This document shows positions 62,851 through 64,000 of a stretch of 64,000 nucleotides of DNA, in pieces; within the stretch, counting starts at the first letter, position 1, and each line of letters opens with the position of its first letter. The translations under genes and the position numbers were made by a program. The notes below the pieces were generated by a model, which worked only from the letters and a program-made list of their open reading frames with translations, made no database searches and was not told where the DNA came from. Location: positions 248,001-312,000 of the forward strand of contig NW_027117349.1 in assembly GCF_038025025.1 (NCBI RefSeq), in the 5' to 3' direction. The DNA is from Phyllosticta citribraziliensis (taxonomy: Eukaryota).

Positions 62851-64000
62851 ATGGTCAAAGAGACCAAGCTCTACGATGCGCTGGGTAAGCTCCGGTTGAC
62901 GAGGCTGGTGACCATGGTTCTTCTCGGCTTTCCTCGCTAACTCTTCGTCCTCTAGGCGTGAGCTCTACGGCATCGCAAGATGACATCAGAAAGGCCTATC
63001 GCAAGGGTGCCTTGAAGTGGCATCCCGACAAGAACAAAGACAACCCTCAAGCTGCGGAAAAGTTCAAAGGTGAGTTGAGCATGCTTCAGCCCTGCGGAGC
63101 ATCTGCCGTCGCACCAGACTACGTGTTTGCTAACTATTCCATTCTACAGAGCTCTCACAAGCGTACGAAATCCTGTCCGATCCCGAAAAGCGAAAAACGT
63201 ACGACCAGTTTGGCCTGGAGTTCATACTGCGCGGCGGCGCACCTCCGCCAGAGGGCGCTGAAGGCTTCGCAGATGGAGGCAACCCGTTTGCTGGGGGAGG
63301 TCCGGGTGGCTTCAACTTTGGCGGCATGCCTGGCGGAGGCGGTAGCGGCGGCGCGCGCACTTTCCACTTCTCAACCGGCGGTCCTGGAGGCAGCTCGTTC
63401 CAATTCTCGAACGCCGAAGACATATTCGCAGATTTCTTGCGCTCCGGCGGCGGCGGAGGCGCAAGGAGTACAGGTATGGACGACGACGACTTTGGGTTTT
63501 CGCCCTTTGGTGGGGGCATGCCTGGTGGATTTCCCGGCGGAGGACGGCCAAGCGCGAAGAGGTCGGCGACGGGAAGTCGGTTCGGTGACCGCAGGCCGCA
63601 GACACCAGAGGTCACGGTTGTCGAGAAGCCGCTTCCGGTCACGCTGGAGGAGCTGTTCAATGGCACAACCAAGAAGATGAAGATCAAGCGCAAGACGTAC
63701 GACCCGGCAACCGGAAAACAGAGCACGCAGGATCGTATTCTCGAGGTGCCAATCAAGAAGGGTCTCAAGCCTGGATCCAAGATCAAATTCTCAGACGTCG
63801 GCGACCAAGTAGAGGGCGGTACTCAGGACCTCCACTTCATCGTTTCCGAGGTAAGTCGCACGGACAGTGTTTCAGATGATGTCATTGCTAACATTTTCTT
63901 CAGAAAGAGCACCCTATCTTCAAACGCGAAGGCGACGATATCCACCACAAAGTCGACATTGATCTTAAGGAAGCCCTCACCGGTTGGCGGCGAACTGTCC
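62851..64000 (+). CDS. SIS1: Type II Hsp40/DnaJ, Sis1-like (3' end outside window)
   Basis: [20 protein letters not shown]-domain, G/F region, [15 protein letters not shown]. Introns 62885-62955, 63070-63149, 63851-63903. Confidence 0.9.

Overview
Filamentous ascomycete (Pezizomycotina) nuclear DNA. A Dothideomycete source is an inference from protein style only. The window has short GT-AG introns with CTRAC-type branch sites and many microsatellites. Sixteen conserved genes can be read: INO80 (5'-truncated), MTO1, a Zn-dependent alcohol dehydrogenase, ARB1/ABCF2, a Sep1/Hcm1-type forkhead TF, BUD31, complex I NDUFA6, RPC19, HIS3, an Azf1-type C2H2 TF, ERG3, MMM1, an SDR, LYS9, a derlin and CBF5. 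A SIS1-like DnaJ gene runs off the 3' end. Two spliced orphan ORFs are also present, and two gene-poor tracts of about 12 kb flank the Azf1 gene. No tRNA, rRNA, CRISPR or intact transposon was recognised. Best leads: (1) a structured H/ACA-type RNA inside an unusually long derlin intron, immediately upstream of CBF5; (2) a clean 3-exon orphan protein ending in an NLS-like motif; (3) an SRE + CGG-N12-CCG + CCAAT module in the ERG3 promoter; (4) an Mcm1-forkhead composite site upstream of the forkhead gene; (5) a triple TGASTCA cluster and a promoter-like block with a possible small secreted peptide in the gene desert. All calls were made by eye and no database was searched.
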